64,000 bases of DNA from an uncultured Nitrospiraceae bacterium (GTDB taxonomy: Bacteria > Nitrospirota > Nitrospiria > Nitrospirales > Nitrospiraceae): NCBI GenBank assembly GCA_963706325.1, contig CAVPLT010000006.1:128001-192000 (forward strand), in the 5' to 3' direction. The notes beneath the pieces were generated by a model. The model did no database searches and was not told where the DNA came from. It saw only the letters and a list, made by a program, of their open reading frames with translations. Shown here in pieces: positions 22,091-33,241 of the stretch. The number at the start of each line of letters is the position of its first letter. Position 1 is the stretch's first letter. Position numbers and translations under genes: made by a program.

Positions 22091-23124
22091 CGCGATCCGG
22101 GAACACCGGATCGTCCAGCACGCAGACAGGTGAGGGGGCGCCGGATGACGCGGCGATCCTTCGCGCCTATGTCCAGCGTTTCTCCCGCGCCAGCGTGTTG
22201 GTCATCGGAGATCTCATCCTCGATCACTATGTATGGGGACGCGTGAACCGGATCTCTCCGGAAGCGCCGGTTCCAGTGGTGCATGTGGAGTCTGAATCGC
22301 TTAAGCTGGGGGGCGCCGCGAATGTGTTCAACAACATTCTCGCCCTTGGGGGACAGGCCGACATATGCGGCGTCATCGGAGCTGATGAAAGCGGCCGGCT
22401 GCTTCTGAAGGAGTTGGGCGGACGACGGCAAGGTCGGGGCGGGGTCGTCATCGACCACAGCCGGCCGACGACACGCAAATCTCGCGTGGTTGCGCACAAT
22501 CAACAAATCGTTCGGTACGACGTCGAGCGACGGACTGAACTGACCACGCTGCTGCAGCGCCGCATTCTCCGGTATGTGGAGTCCAGAATAAAGGAACTGT
22601 CCTGCTTGGTGGTGTCGGACTATGCCAAGGGCGTCGTCACAGCTTCGCTGATGACCGAGTTGACTCGATTGGCCGGACAGCGCAAGATTCCCATCGTGGT
22701 GGATCCCAAGGTCGAACATTTCAGCTATTACCGAGGTGTGACGGTCGTCACCCCTAATCATTTAGAAGCCACTCAAGCCGCCGGTGTGCATGGCGACGAC
22801 GACCAAGCGGTTAACAAGGCCGGTACGATCCTTCGGCAGCGATTGGGATGCCAGACCGTACTGGTGACCAGAGGCGAACGAGGCATGAGCGTCTACCAAG
22901 GGCATGGCGACCACTGGCATATTCCGACACGAGCTCGACAGGTGTTTGACGTGACAGGGGCGGGCGATACCGTCGTTGGTACGCTGGCACTGGCTCTCTC
23001 CACCGGCGCCACCATGCGGGAGGCTGCGGTACTCGCTAATCAAGCGGCAGGTGTGGTGGTCGGGATGATCGGAACCGCCACGGTGACGGCAGCACAATTG
23101 ACTGATTCTCTGGGACAGGGCTGA
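22060..23124 (+). CDS. hldA: D-glycero-beta-D-manno-heptose-7-phosphate kinase (RfaE domain I)
   Basis: RISPEAPVPV, SDYAKG, DVTGAGDT. Start uncertain (22042, 22051 or 22060). Confidence 0.93.
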   Translation: MGKVRKSHQVARSGNTGSSSTQTGEGAPDDAAILRAYVQRFSRASVLVIGDLILDHYVWGRVNRISPEAPVPVVHVESESLKLGGAANVFNNILALGGQADICGVIGADESGRLLLKELGGRRQGRGGVVIDHSRPTTRKSRVVAHNQQIVRYDVERRTELTTLLQRRILRYVESRIKELSCLVVSDYAKGVVTASLMTELTRLAGQRKIPIVVDPKVEHFSYYRGVTVVTPNHLEATQAAGVHGDDDQAVNKAGTILRQRLGCQTVLVTRGERGMSVYQGHGDHWHIPTRARQVFDVTGAGDTVVGTLALALSTGATMREAAVLANQAAGVVVGMIGTATVTAAQLTDSLGQG

Positions 23125-23125
23125 C

Positions 23126-23899
23126 GTGACCCGGTCGGTCACGGTCGTGATTCCCGCTCGGTACGGATCCTCTCGATTTCCTGGGAAACCATTGGTAGAC
23201 CTGCTGGGTAAGCCGATGATTCAGCACGTCTATGAGCAGGCGAAGGCCTGTCGCGTGGTGAACGACGTCTTGGTGGCCACCGATGACGAACGCATCAAAG
23301 CGGCTGTTGAGCGGTTCGGAGGACGAGTCGTCATGATGACGGAGTCCTATCGTACCGGAACCGACCGGGTGGCGGGGATTGCGAACGCCCAGGCCGGTGA
23401 TTGCTTCGTCGATCTGCAAGGAGACGAAATTTTGCTCCACCCCGATCTCATCACGGATTTGGTGGAACCGTTTCTGGCCAGCGATGCGTCCATGGGCACG
23501 TTAAAACGACGGATCGAATCGGACCACGATCTGCAAAATTCTGGAGTGGTGAAGGTCACGACCGATCGTGACGGCTATGCCCTCTACTTTTCCAGAGCGC
23601 CGATTCCCCTGGTTCGGGATGACCCGCGGCGGACTGCTGTGGCGGGACTGCATTTCATTCACCTGGGCCTCTACATCTATACGCGCGAGACATTGATGCG
23701 ACTTGCGGCATTGCCCACGGGGATGCTCGAAGAGGCGGAAAAGCTGGAACAATTGCGCGCGCTGGAACACGGCATTCGAATTCGCGTCTGGGAAACCACC
23801 CATTCTTCATTACGCATCGACAGCCCGGAAGACGTGCCCAACGCATTGGAACAGCTTCGCAACAATGATACTGGACGCTGCAGTACTCACGCGTCATGA
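23126..23899 (+). CDS. kdsB: 3-deoxy-manno-octulosonate cytidylyltransferase
   Basis: [38 protein letters not shown]. Confidence 0.97.
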   Translation: MTRSVTVVIPARYGSSRFPGKPLVDLLGKPMIQHVYEQAKACRVVNDVLVATDDERIKAAVERFGGRVVMMTESYRTGTDRVAGIANAQAGDCFVDLQGDEILLHPDLITDLVEPFLASDASMGTLKRRIESDHDLQNSGVVKVTTDRDGYALYFSRAPIPLVRDDPRRTAVAGLHFIHLGLYIYTRETLMRLAALPTGMLEEAEKLEQLRALEHGIRIRVWETTHSSLRIDSPEDVPNALEQLRNNDTGRCSTHAS

Positions 23900-23930
23900 C
23901 AAGTGGTCGCATTCACAAGAAGGTGCAACG

Positions 23931-25532
23931 ATGAGCAAATTCATATTTGTGACCGGGGGTGTCGTCTCGTCGCTCGGAAAAGGGCTGGCCTCCGCGGCTA
24001 TCGGCAATCTGCTGGAAAGCCGCGGGTTGAAGATCACGTTTCTCAAGCTCGACCCATACATCAACGTCGACCCTGGGACGATGAATCCGTACCAGCATGG
24101 GGAAGTCTATGTCACGGAAGACGGGGCGGAGACCGATCTGGACCTCGGCCACTACGAACGCTATACCTCAATGACGCTCACCCGGGAGAACAATTACACC
24201 ACAGGGCGCATCTACCATTCCGTGATTACGAAGGAGCGGCGCGGAGATTACTTGGGTGGAACCGTGCAGGTGGTGCCGCATGTCACGGACGAAATCAAGC
24301 AATGCATCATGCGCATCTCGCAGGGCATAGATGTCACGATCGTCGAAATAGGAGGCACCGTCGGCGACATCGAGAGCCTGCCCTTCCTCGAGGCCATCCG
24401 GCAGATCCCGTACGACGTGGGACGAGACAACGTGCTCTATGTCCATCTCACGCTCGTCCCATACATCGGAGCTGCCGGAGAATTGAAAACGAAGCCGACG
24501 CAACATTCGGTGAACAAGCTTCGAGAAATCGGCATTCAGCCGAACATCCTCTTATGCCGGACTGATCGATATTTGCCTCCGGAACTCAAGGCGAAGATTG
24601 CGATGTTCTGCAACGTCGAAAAAGATGCCGTTATTACGGCCAAAGATGTTGAAACCATCTATGAGGTGCCGATCGTATTCCGCAAGGAGGGATTGGATGA
24701 ACTGATCGTCCGTTTGCTGAAGTTGGAAACGGGTCCGCCGAATCTTCGCGAATGGGATGCCATGGTGCAGAAGATCAAACATCCTAAACATGAGGTGTCC
24801 ATAGCGCTGGTGGGCAAATATGCCGGCTTGAAAGAATGCTACAAAAGTCTGGCGGAAGCGCTGGTGCACGGCGGCATCGATCATGAAACCCGCGTGAATA
24901 TCACCTGGATTGAGTCCGAAGAAGTCGAGCGCCAAGGCACCGAGCGCATTCTGCGTGAGATGGATGGGATCTTGATCCCAGGCGGATTCGGCGCACGTGG
25001 CATTGAGGGCAAGGTCATCACAATTCAGTACGCACGCGAGCATCAAATCCCATTTCTCGGCCTCTGCCTGGGCATGCAATGCGCCACGATCGAATTCGCG
25101 CGAAATGTTGCCGGACTGAAGGACGCGAACAGTGCCGAGTTCGACGAGCGCACCCCGCACCCGGTGATTCACTTGATGTCTGACCAGCAGTCCATCAGCG
25201 ACAAAGGCGGCACCATGCGGCTTGGCTCCTACACCTGCAAACTCGGCGAGGGAACGTTGGCGCAGAAAATGTATGGACTCAGTGACGTGCGAGAGCGACA
25301 TCGCCATCGATACGAATTCAACAATGCCTATCGTGACCGCCTGACAGCCAAGGGGTTGGTGTTGAGTGGACTGTCACCAGATGGACGGCTGGTGGAAATC
25401 GTCGAGTTGCAGAATCATCCCTGGTTCTTGGCAACGCAATTTCATCCGGAGTACAACTCGCGGCCGCATCATCCACACCCCTTGTTCACGGGGTTTGTGG
25501 GAGCGGCGTTACGCCGAAAGTGCGGCCATTAA
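23931..25532 (+). CDS. pyrG: CTP synthase
   Basis: [33 protein letters not shown]. Confidence 0.99.
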   Translation: MSKFIFVTGGVVSSLGKGLASAAIGNLLESRGLKITFLKLDPYINVDPGTMNPYQHGEVYVTEDGAETDLDLGHYERYTSMTLTRENNYTTGRIYHSVITKERRGDYLGGTVQVVPHVTDEIKQCIMRISQGIDVTIVEIGGTVGDIESLPFLEAIRQIPYDVGRDNVLYVHLTLVPYIGAAGELKTKPTQHSVNKLREIGIQPNILLCRTDRYLPPELKAKIAMFCNVEKDAVITAKDVETIYEVPIVFRKEGLDELIVRLLKLETGPPNLREWDAMVQKIKHPKHEVSIALVGKYAGLKECYKSLAEALVHGGIDHETRVNITWIESEEVERQGTERILREMDGILIPGGFGARGIEGKVITIQYAREHQIPFLGLCLGMQCATIEFARNVAGLKDANSAEFDERTPHPVIHLMSDQQSISDKGGTMRLGSYTCKLGEGTLAQKMYGLSDVRERHRHRYEFNNAYRDRLTAKGLVLSGLSPDGRLVEIVELQNHPWFLATQFHPEYNSRPHHPHPLFTGFVGAALRRKCGH

Positions 25533-25535
25533 AGT

Positions 25536-25658
25536 GAGATGCTGAAACCGGCTTCCAGTTGCGTTCTCGGTCGCATGCTTCCTTGTGACGTACCGCAAGG
25601 GTACGCCTCAGTCCACACGCTTCCTGCGGCCTTGCTGGAAGACCGGTTTGAGCATCTC
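25536..25658. repeat. Intergenic palindromic repeat, family A
   Basis: Terminal inverted repeats GAGATGCTGAAACCGGCTTCCAG / CTGGAAGACCGGTTTGAGCATCTC; core CGTACCGCAAGGGTACG. Confidence 0.85.
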
Positions 25659-25678
25659 CTTTGAGAGTCGGTCAATTT

Positions 25679-26512
25679 ATGAGCCACGATGTTCAGATTG
25701 GGAGTTTCACCGTCGGAGCGGGGAATCGACCGTTTTTAATCGCCGGACCTTGCGTGATCGAGAGCGAACAGCTCGCCATGGACACAGCAGGCCGGATCGC
25801 CGAAATCACCAAGTCCCTGGGCATGCCCTACGTCTTCAAATCGTCCTATGATAAGGCCAATCGCACGTCCATCACCTCCTATCGTGGACCGGGTCTTGAA
25901 AAGGGTCTCGCTGTGCTGGCCAAGGTCAAGCAACAGATTGGCGTGCCGACTCTCACCGACGTGCATTCGGAAGAACAGGCGGCAGAGGCAGGCAAGGTCG
26001 TGGATATTCTTCAAATTCCGGCCTTTCTCTGCCGCCAAACTGACCTTTTGATCGCCGCGGCCAAGACAGGAAAAGTCGTCAACATCAAGAAGGGGCAGTT
26101 TTTATCACCGTTGGAAATGGCGAACGCCGTCAAAAAAGTCGAGGAATGCGGAAACCGGCGCATTGTGCTGACTGAACGTGGTTCTTCTTTCGGTTATAAC
26201 AATTTGGTCGTCGACATGCGCGCCTTTCCGATCATGCGACGGTTCGGGTATCCGGTGGTGTTCGACGCGACCCACAGCGTGCAACTTCCCGGTGGAGCTG
26301 GCACACAATCCAGCGGCCAGCGTGAGTTCGTCGAACCCTTGGCCTGTGCAGCAGCGGGCGCCGGTTGCGACGGGTTCTTCATGGAAGTGCATCCCGACCC
26401 CGACTCGGCCTTGTCCGACGGACCCAATATGGTTCCTCTTCACGCACTTCAATCACTTCTCGAACGGGTACTACGTATATGCGACGCAGCCGGGCCACAA
26501 CCAGCTCAATAA
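25679..26512 (+). CDS. kdsA: KDO-8-phosphate synthase
   Basis: IAGPCVIES, KANRTS, QIPAFLCRQTDL, DATHSVQ. Confidence 0.98.
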   Translation: MSHDVQIGSFTVGAGNRPFLIAGPCVIESEQLAMDTAGRIAEITKSLGMPYVFKSSYDKANRTSITSYRGPGLEKGLAVLAKVKQQIGVPTLTDVHSEEQAAEAGKVVDILQIPAFLCRQTDLLIAAAKTGKVVNIKKGQFLSPLEMANAVKKVEECGNRRIVLTERGSSFGYNNLVVDMRAFPIMRRFGYPVVFDATHSVQLPGGAGTQSSGQREFVEPLACAAAGAGCDGFFMEVHPDPDSALSDGPNMVPLHALQSLLERVLRICDAAGPQPAQ

Positions 26513-27516
26513 ACGACACTAGACCCTCAAGAGTCCTCCGTCGAATCCCGCTGGACGCCAGCGTGCAAGAGGGGAAACGCGTCCTGGAAATCGAGGCGCG
26601 GGCCGTGCAAGACTTAATCGCTCGTCTCGATGAACGCTTCGCCAGCGCAGTCACATTCTTGCATGACTGCCGAGGGAAGGTCGTCATTTCGGGCATGGGA
26701 AAATCTGGCTTGATCGGGCAAAAGATTGCGGCGACATTAGCCAGCACCGGCACGCCTTCGTTCTTTCTGCATCCGGCTGAAGGCGTCCATGGTGATTTGG
26801 GCATGTTGGCCAAACAGGATGCGCTGATTGCGATTTCCAATAGCGGCGAAACGCAGGAGGTCTTGCAACTGCTGCCCTTTGTCAAACGACTCAACGTGCC
26901 TGTGGTAGCGCTGACCGGCGTTAGCACATCGACATTGGCCAAGAACAGCGATGTGACCCTGGATATTTCCGTCCGTGAAGAAGCCTGCCCATTGGGCTTG
27001 GCGCCGACTGCGAGTACCACCGCCACCCTCGCCATGGGAGATGCCCTAGCGGTCGCGCTGCTTCAAAAGCGGGGATTTAAACAGGACGATTTCGCACAGT
27101 TCCATCCGGGTGGCACCTTGGGGCGTCGCCTTCTCGTGAAAGTGCGAGATCTGATGCAGCAAGGAGACCATCTACCTCAAGTACGGCAGAATGCCTCCGG
27201 CACGGACACCATTTTGGAAATGACGTCTAAGAAACTCGGAATGACCACGGTGGTGAATGCGAAGGGCGCCCTCTACGGAATCGTCACCGACGGAGACTTA
27301 CGCCGCTTCATACAAAAAGGCGGCGATTTCAGCAAGGTGACCGCGCGTGACTTGGCCAGCCGGCGTCCAAAAACTATCGGGCCAGACGAACTGGCCACGA
27401 CGGCTGTGGCGCTCATGGAGCGGTTTTCCATTACGGCGCTGGTGGTCCTGGACGCACCACATCACTTGGCCGGCGTCATCCACTTGCATGACCTCTTAAA
27501 AAACGGCATTGTATAA
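26479..27516 (+). CDS. kdsD: Arabinose-5-phosphate isomerase (KpsF/GutQ, SIS plus CBS domains)
   Basis: GMGKSG, HGDLG, APTASTT, HPGGTLG. Start uncertain. Confidence 0.94.
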   Translation: MRRSRATTSSINDTRPSRVLRRIPLDASVQEGKRVLEIEARAVQDLIARLDERFASAVTFLHDCRGKVVISGMGKSGLIGQKIAATLASTGTPSFFLHPAEGVHGDLGMLAKQDALIAISNSGETQEVLQLLPFVKRLNVPVVALTGVSTSTLAKNSDVTLDISVREEACPLGLAPTASTTATLAMGDALAVALLQKRGFKQDDFAQFHPGGTLGRRLLVKVRDLMQQGDHLPQVRQNASGTDTILEMTSKKLGMTTVVNAKGALYGIVTDGDLRRFIQKGGDFSKVTARDLASRRPKTIGPDELATTAVALMERFSITALVVLDAPHHLAGVIHLHDLLKNGIV

Positions 27517-27548
27517 GCGAACAACTGGCAACGAGCGCTGAGAGGACG

Positions 27549-28163
27549 ATGGCAGAGAACTGGAAAGAAGCCGGGCTGGTGCTGATGCGGTCGGCAGGAC
27601 AGGAAAGTAATATTAACCTGCCCAATGTCCTGACGCTTGTCAGGATTCTCTTGATCCCGGTGTTCATCATGTTGCTGATTGATCCCACGCCGGATCGCGC
27701 CTTGGCCGCCGCCATCGTGTTTGTCGTCGCGGCCGTGACCGATCTGCTTGACGGGTACGTGGCCAGGAAAACTGGCCAGATCACCAAGCTGGGTCGATTG
27801 CTGGATCCCATTGCCGACAAATTGCTGGTGCTTTCCGCACTGATCTTATTAGTGCAAGTCGATCGTGTCAGCGCGTTGATCGCCATCCTGATCATTGCGC
27901 GAGAAGTGGCGGTGACAGGTATCCGAGCGATTGCGGCAACGGAAGGACTGATCATGTCCGCCGAAGTCACCGGAAAGTATAAAATGGCCTTGCAGGTCAT
28001 CGCGATCGTACTCTTGGTTCTTGAAGGAACCGTGCTGGAAGCCATCGGCAATCTCCATCTCGCGGGCATCGTGACCCTGTACCTGTCTCTCATCCTGGGC
28101 TATGTGTCCGGCGCGCAGTACGTCTGGAGTTTCTGGCGCCAGGTCGGGGTCAAAGGACTGTAG
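27549..28163 (+). CDS. pgsA: CDP-diacylglycerol--glycerol-3-phosphate 3-phosphatidyltransferase
   Basis: NLPNVLT, DLLDGYVAR...G..LDPIADK. Confidence 0.95.
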   Translation: MAENWKEAGLVLMRSAGQESNINLPNVLTLVRILLIPVFIMLLIDPTPDRALAAAIVFVVAAVTDLLDGYVARKTGQITKLGRLLDPIADKLLVLSALILLVQVDRVSALIAILIIAREVAVTGIRAIAATEGLIMSAEVTGKYKMALQVIAIVLLVLEGTVLEAIGNLHLAGIVTLYLSLILGYVSGAQYVWSFWRQVGVKGL

Positions 28164-28209
28164 CCGAATTGCGCTATCGGCGTGCGTATCCGACATCGCT
28201 GGATAATTG

Positions 28210-28812
28210 ATGGACAGTCCCTGGCTCATCGGTCTCCTGACTCTTCTCGGTTATCTCATCGGATCGATCCCGTTCGGCGTGGTTGTGTCCCAGCTGCTCG
28301 GTGTGGCCGATCCACGTTCTGCAGGCAGCCGTAATGTGGGATTCACGAATGTCTTGCGCGTGAGCGGGAAAAAGGCCGGAGTTCTGACGCTGGTCGGCGA
28401 CATCGGAAAAGGCTGGTTCGTCGCCTGGGTAGGGACGTTATTGTTGCACCAAGAATCCGCCATTCTCTTCGTAGCCATGGCATCGATCGTTGGGCATCTC
28501 TATTCAATATTCCTTAAGTTTAAAGGGGGGAAAGGCGTGGCGACATCGATTGGTGCCGTACTAGGGGTTGCCCCTTGGATCGGGCTTGCGCTCCTGGGAA
28601 TTTGGGTGGGAGCGGTTCTGCTGTGGAAATATTCATCCGGTGGTGCGCTCGTCGCTTTTGGAGTCTTTCCCATCATGGCGCTGGTATTTCATCGGTCTTG
28701 GCTGTTCGTGGGATTTGCCTGTGTCGTGGGGCTGTTGATCTGGGGCAGGCACAAAGAGAACCTGATTCGCTTATGGAGTGGGACGGAATCTCGAATCGGA
28801 CACACGAGTTGA
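28210..28812 (+). CDS. plsY: Glycerol-3-phosphate acyltransferase PlsY
   Basis: YLIGSIPFG, GSRNVGFTN, FKGGKGVAT, HKENLIRL. Confidence 0.96.
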   Translation: MDSPWLIGLLTLLGYLIGSIPFGVVVSQLLGVADPRSAGSRNVGFTNVLRVSGKKAGVLTLVGDIGKGWFVAWVGTLLLHQESAILFVAMASIVGHLYSIFLKFKGGKGVATSIGAVLGVAPWIGLALLGIWVGAVLLWKYSSGGALVAFGVFPIMALVFHRSWLFVGFACVVGLLIWGRHKENLIRLWSGTESRIGHTS

Positions 28813-28840
28813 CATAATATATCTTATCAGACACCTAAAA

Positions 28841-29479
28841 ATGCTCTCATTTGAGCTCCTGGCCAGATTTCGCAAAGAACTTTCCTTCACCGGCAGCGTC
28901 CTCTATGAGACCATTGTCGCCATCGCAGAACGCGTCAACCGCAAGGTGCAAGTACTACGGCTTCATGGTCAGGCCCTCACGGTTCTGAATCAGATTCACG
29001 TTGTTCATCGAGACATCGGCCGGCGTGTCGTTGAGCTAGCCGCTAAACCCGTGAGAGGCGCTGATCCTGAACCGTGTTCCAATCGACTCCCGCTCGAAGA
29101 TGCCATTCGCATTGCCGCAGACCGTATCAAGGGACAGCGAGCGACGTTGCAGCACATCGAGAGCCATATTCGAGACCTGAAAATTGAGTTAGCTCAAGAA
29201 GAGTTACTGACGATACAACGCGACCTGGGATTGCGTGACGCCGCCCTGGAGCGTGTCATCGTAGCCCAAGGCGCACCAATCATCGGCCATCCGATAGGCG
29301 ACTTTGATTTGCCTGCCACGACTCGTATCGTGGCGGTCCTCCGAGGCCCATTCCTCCTCCCCCTCTCCGACTCCATGACATTGCGTCCGGACGACATTGT
29401 GATCCTTGCAGGACTGCGCCGCGACCTGACCCATTGGCTTCCTCATTTTCAAAGGGCCGTTGCATCCAAAACGGCCTGA
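28841..29479 (+). CDS. Coiled-coil protein with C-terminal TrkA-C (RCK_C) domain
   Basis: C-terminal pattern IGHPIGDFDLP...IVAVLRG...LRPDDIVILAG. Confidence 0.7.
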   Translation: MLSFELLARFRKELSFTGSVLYETIVAIAERVNRKVQVLRLHGQALTVLNQIHVVHRDIGRRVVELAAKPVRGADPEPCSNRLPLEDAIRIAADRIKGQRATLQHIESHIRDLKIELAQEELLTIQRDLGLRDAALERVIVAQGAPIIGHPIGDFDLPATTRIVAVLRGPFLLPLSDSMTLRPDDIVILAGLRRDLTHWLPHFQRAVASKTA

Positions 29480-29556
29480 GTCGATCCTTTCGCCACCGTT
29501 CTAGAATCTGCTATTCTGTACTCGGCAAACCGTATAGGCGCTGGAGCGTGGCGATC

Positions 29557-30978
29557 ATGAAGACTCAGGCCTCCTTTTCAGCTGCGCTCATTCTCGGATT
29601 CGGATTTTCCGTATGGCTAGCCGGAAGCCTAGTTCCTTGCTTCGCGGGCACCCTGGCCGACGGAACCACGCGCAAAGAATCTTCCGGGCTGCGGCTCTTG
29701 GAAGAACTCCAAACGGTCATTACGGATTTGGCTGAAGAAGCGAAACCCTCCGTCGTCAGTATCTTTCCTCTCCAAGCACAAGGGCGCACGCGCGATACGT
29801 CTGGCGAACGGTTGCCAAACTCCTCCGGGTCGGGATCCGGAGTCATCATCGATCCCGAAGGCCACATTATTACGAATAACCATGTCGTCGGCGATGCCGC
29901 AGAAGTCGAAGTCCGTTTCTCTGACAAATCCAAACTGTTCGCCCAAGTCATTGGGAAAGACCCGGATACGGATTTAGCCGTATTGAAAGTCACGGCTGAT
30001 CATCCCCTTCCCGCTGCCCGCTTCGGAGACTCCTCCGGAGTAAAAGTCGGGCAATGGGTACTGGCCGTCGGGAATCCCTTCGGCCTTGATCGGACCGTGA
30101 CGCTAGGGGTCGTCAGCGGAATCGGACGGGAAAACATCAATTTGTCACGCTACGAAAATTTTATTCAGACCGACGCCTCGATTAATCCGGGCAACTCCGG
30201 CGGGCCGCTCTTCAATTTGCGCGGCGACATCATCGGCATCAATACGGCGATCATCAACTTCGCGCAGGGTATCGGCTTTGCGATTCCTTCCAACATGGCC
30301 AAGCAGGTCATGAAGCAACTCATCGCGAAAGGCAAAGTCGTGCGAGCCTGGCTAGGCGTAGGCCTTCAACCCGTGACTCAAGATCTAGCCAAAAAATTCG
30401 GCGTGGATGAAAACGAAGGAGTGCTCGTCAATGAAGTCTTCGAAAGGGATCCTGCCGCATTGGCTGGGGTCAAGCCAGGCGACGTCATCACCAAGGTCGA
30501 CGGGGCATTGGTAGACACGCCCAATAAGCTCTCACGATTAGTGGCCGCGCTCGAGCCGGGAGCCACGGCCAACGTTGAAGTGGTGCGGGACGGTAAGCGG
30601 ATCGTACTCAAGGTGGCATTAAGCGAGCGCAGGGATACGGTCGTTACCGCCTCGCTGCCTCAGACTCGAACAGACCTGAAGTTGGGCATTGATGTGCAGG
30701 ATTTGACTGCGGGGTTGGCCGAGAAGTTTCGTCTCAAAGAAACCCGGGGGGTGCTGATCTCCAAGGTGGAGACGGGCAGTCTGGCCCAAGCGGAAGGGTT
30801 GCGCGAAGGCGATCTGGTCAAGGAAGTCAACCGTGTCGACACGGGTACGGTCGGAGAATTTTCCGCCGCCGTGTCCAAGGTCAAGCGCGGCGATACGATT
30901 CTTCTGCGGGTGCTCCGTGAAGGTCGGGCCTTTTATGTTGTGCTCAAGCCGGCCGATCCCTCACCTACCCCGCCATAG
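29557..30978 (+). CDS. DegP/DegQ (HtrA) serine endoprotease with 2 PDZ domains
   Basis: TNNHVV, DLAVLK, INPGNSGGPL. Confidence 0.96.
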   Translation: MKTQASFSAALILGFGFSVWLAGSLVPCFAGTLADGTTRKESSGLRLLEELQTVITDLAEEAKPSVVSIFPLQAQGRTRDTSGERLPNSSGSGSGVIIDPEGHIITNNHVVGDAAEVEVRFSDKSKLFAQVIGKDPDTDLAVLKVTADHPLPAARFGDSSGVKVGQWVLAVGNPFGLDRTVTLGVVSGIGRENINLSRYENFIQTDASINPGNSGGPLFNLRGDIIGINTAIINFAQGIGFAIPSNMAKQVMKQLIAKGKVVRAWLGVGLQPVTQDLAKKFGVDENEGVLVNEVFERDPAALAGVKPGDVITKVDGALVDTPNKLSRLVAALEPGATANVEVVRDGKRIVLKVALSERRDTVVTASLPQTRTDLKLGIDVQDLTAGLAEKFRLKETRGVLISKVETGSLAQAEGLREGDLVKEVNRVDTGTVGEFSAAVSKVKRGDTILLRVLREGRAFYVVLKPADPSPTPP

Positions 30979-31002
30979 CCGGCTTCGCGCCTTGTGCTGT
31001 GG

Positions 31003-33111
31003 TCAATGCACGCCGACGGCATGCCGTCCGGCCTTGTGCTCGTCAATGATGCGGCCCACCAGCTCTTTCGGTACCTCTTCATAGTGGGCATGTTCCATCA
31101 GGTAACTACCTCGGCCGGCGGTCAGAGAGTTGAGAGCGGGGGCATAGGTGAGCATCTCCGCTTGAGGCACCAGGGCCTTGATGGTCTCCATATGACCGTT
31201 TGCTTCGACCATCACAATGCGTCCGCGGCGCGCGTTCAGATCTCCCAAGACCGCTCCGACACAATCTGCCGGAACCTCTACTTCCACGCTCATCAGCGGT
31301 TCAAGCAGAATTGGATGAGCCGCTTCAATCGCCTTTTTTACTCCCATGGACCCGGCTATTTTAAAGGCCATCTCCGATGAATCGACGACATGGTAGGACC
31401 CGTCATACACGGTGACTCGAAGGTCCACGACGGGATACCCCGCAAGTGGCCCTTCACGCAGCGCCTCAATGACGCCCTTTTCTACAGCCGGCACAAAGTT
31501 GCGCGGAATAGCTCCGCCGACAATCTTATTTTCGAACTCGAACCCCTTGCCGCGTGGTAACGGACCGATTTCCAACCAACAATCCCCATACTGGCCATGC
31601 CCGCCCGTCTGTTTTTTATACTTACCTTGTGCCTGCGAGACACTGCGAACCGACTCACGATAGGATACTTTCGGCGCGTGCAACGTCACATCCGCACCGT
31701 ACTTGCGATGGAGCTTCTCCAGGGCGACGTCGATGTGCAGCTGGCCCAAACCGCTCAGCACCATCTCCTTTGTCTCCATATGGCGAACAAACTCCAAACT
31801 TGGATCTTCCTCAATGAGTTTGTGAAGGCCCAAACTCACCTTCTCAATATCCGCATTGGATCTCGGTTCAATGGCGAAGGACACCACGGGCCTGGTGAAC
31901 TGAATGCCGGGGTACTGAATCGGCGCTCGTTCCTCACACAACGTATCACCTGTGAGACTGTCCTTCAGCTTGGCGATTGCCACAATTTCACCTGCCCTAG
32001 CCCGCGAGACCGGCGTGTACTTTTTCCCCACAATGGAAAACAGATGCCCGCCGCGTTCTTTTATCTGTCGAGTGGCATTGTACAAGCCGGTATCCGCCTC
32101 CAGAGTACCGGAGTAGAGGCGCACGTAGGATAGTCGCCCGACAAATGGATCGATGAGTGTCTTAAACACCACCGCCGAGAATGGGTCAGACTCCAATGGC
32201 TCTCGCGTGATCTGAGCTGAGCCAGCCGCCAATCCCGAACCGTGCAACGGCGCAAACCGGGCTCGTCTGATGGGTGAGGGCATGAATTCCACAAGACTGT
32301 TCAAGAGTGTCGACACACCGATGCGACGCAGCGCCGACCCACCGACAACAGGAACCAGCGAGCCCTGTTCTGCGCCGACGCGTAATCCGGCGAGCAAAGC
32401 CCCGTCCGTCAACTCGCCGTCTGTCAAGTAGCGATCAAGAAGCTGTTCATCTCCTTCCGCCACCAGTTCAGTCAACTTACGCCTGGCCTGATCAACCCGC
32501 TCGCGCCACTGGGATGGCACTGGCGACTCCTGCGGATGCAGACGAGCGGGGTCCTGAGTGATGACATGATTATGAAGCAGATCCGCCAGATCAGTGATCT
32601 GCGCGCCGATGCCCATCGGCAGCGTGAGAGGGATGGCCTTGATCTCCAGTTCTGTGACCAAGGCATCAATCGTCTGCGGGAAATCCGTACCGTCCTTGTC
32701 GAGGTCATTGACAAAAACAACACAAGGGAGTCCCGCATCGTGGATGGTGGTCCAGAGCCGCTGGATTTCGCTGCGCACCCCCATGGAGGCACTCACAACC
32801 AGGATGACGCTATCCGCCACGCGCAAGGCCGATCGCGTCTCGCCGACAAAGCTGGGCGAACCTGGGGTATCGAGGAGATTGAGCCACGTGTCTCTGTAGG
32901 AGCAGTGAAGCACGCTGGTGTTGAGCGACGTTCGACGATGAATTTCTTCCGGTTCAAAATCAGATGCCGTGGTACCGGCGAGAATGGACCCAAGAGAGGG
33001 AAGACTGCCTGCGAAGTACGCCAACGCTTCGACTAACGAGGTTTTTCCCGATCCCGTATTCGACACCACGGCCACATTTCTGATGGATTCAGTGGGGGGA
33101 ACGTTCATCAT
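31003..33111 (-). CDS. Elongation factor G-like protein (EF-G2 type)
   Basis: Five-domain EF-G layout: GLGQLH, KKQTGGHGQYGD, DGSYHVVDSSEMAF, LLEP. G motifs are degenerate. Confidence 0.93.
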   Translation of the reverse strand: MMNVPPTESIRNVAVVSNTGSGKTSLVEALAYFAGSLPSLGSILAGTTASDFEPEEIHRRTSLNTSVLHCSYRDTWLNLLDTPGSPSFVGETRSALRVADSVILVVSASMGVRSEIQRLWTTIHDAGLPCVVFVNDLDKDGTDFPQTIDALVTELEIKAIPLTLPMGIGAQITDLADLLHNHVITQDPARLHPQESPVPSQWRERVDQARRKLTELVAEGDEQLLDRYLTDGELTDGALLAGLRVGAEQGSLVPVVGGSALRRIGVSTLLNSLVEFMPSPIRRARFAPLHGSGLAAGSAQITREPLESDPFSAVVFKTLIDPFVGRLSYVRLYSGTLEADTGLYNATRQIKERGGHLFSIVGKKYTPVSRARAGEIVAIAKLKDSLTGDTLCEERAPIQYPGIQFTRPVVSFAIEPRSNADIEKVSLGLHKLIEEDPSLEFVRHMETKEMVLSGLGQLHIDVALEKLHRKYGADVTLHAPKVSYRESVRSVSQAQGKYKKQTGGHGQYGDCWLEIGPLPRGKGFEFENKIVGGAIPRNFVPAVEKGVIEALREGPLAGYPVVDLRVTVYDGSYHVVDSSEMAFKIAGSMGVKKAIEAAHPILLEPLMSVEVEVPADCVGAVLGDLNARRGRIVMVEANGHMETIKALVPQAEMLTYAPALNSLTAGRGSYLMEHAHYEEVPKELVGRIIDEHKAGRHAVGVH

Positions 33112-33241
33112 GACCTCCTCCAGTGAGCCGGCGGCCTCTGGGGCCCTGGTTAGTAGTGCAAGAGTGCGCGATCCCTTCCTTTCTGAGCCTGTCCCATGAG
33201 AGGCCTGCAGCAACGGTCACCGCAACTGTTGTTGTGATGAC

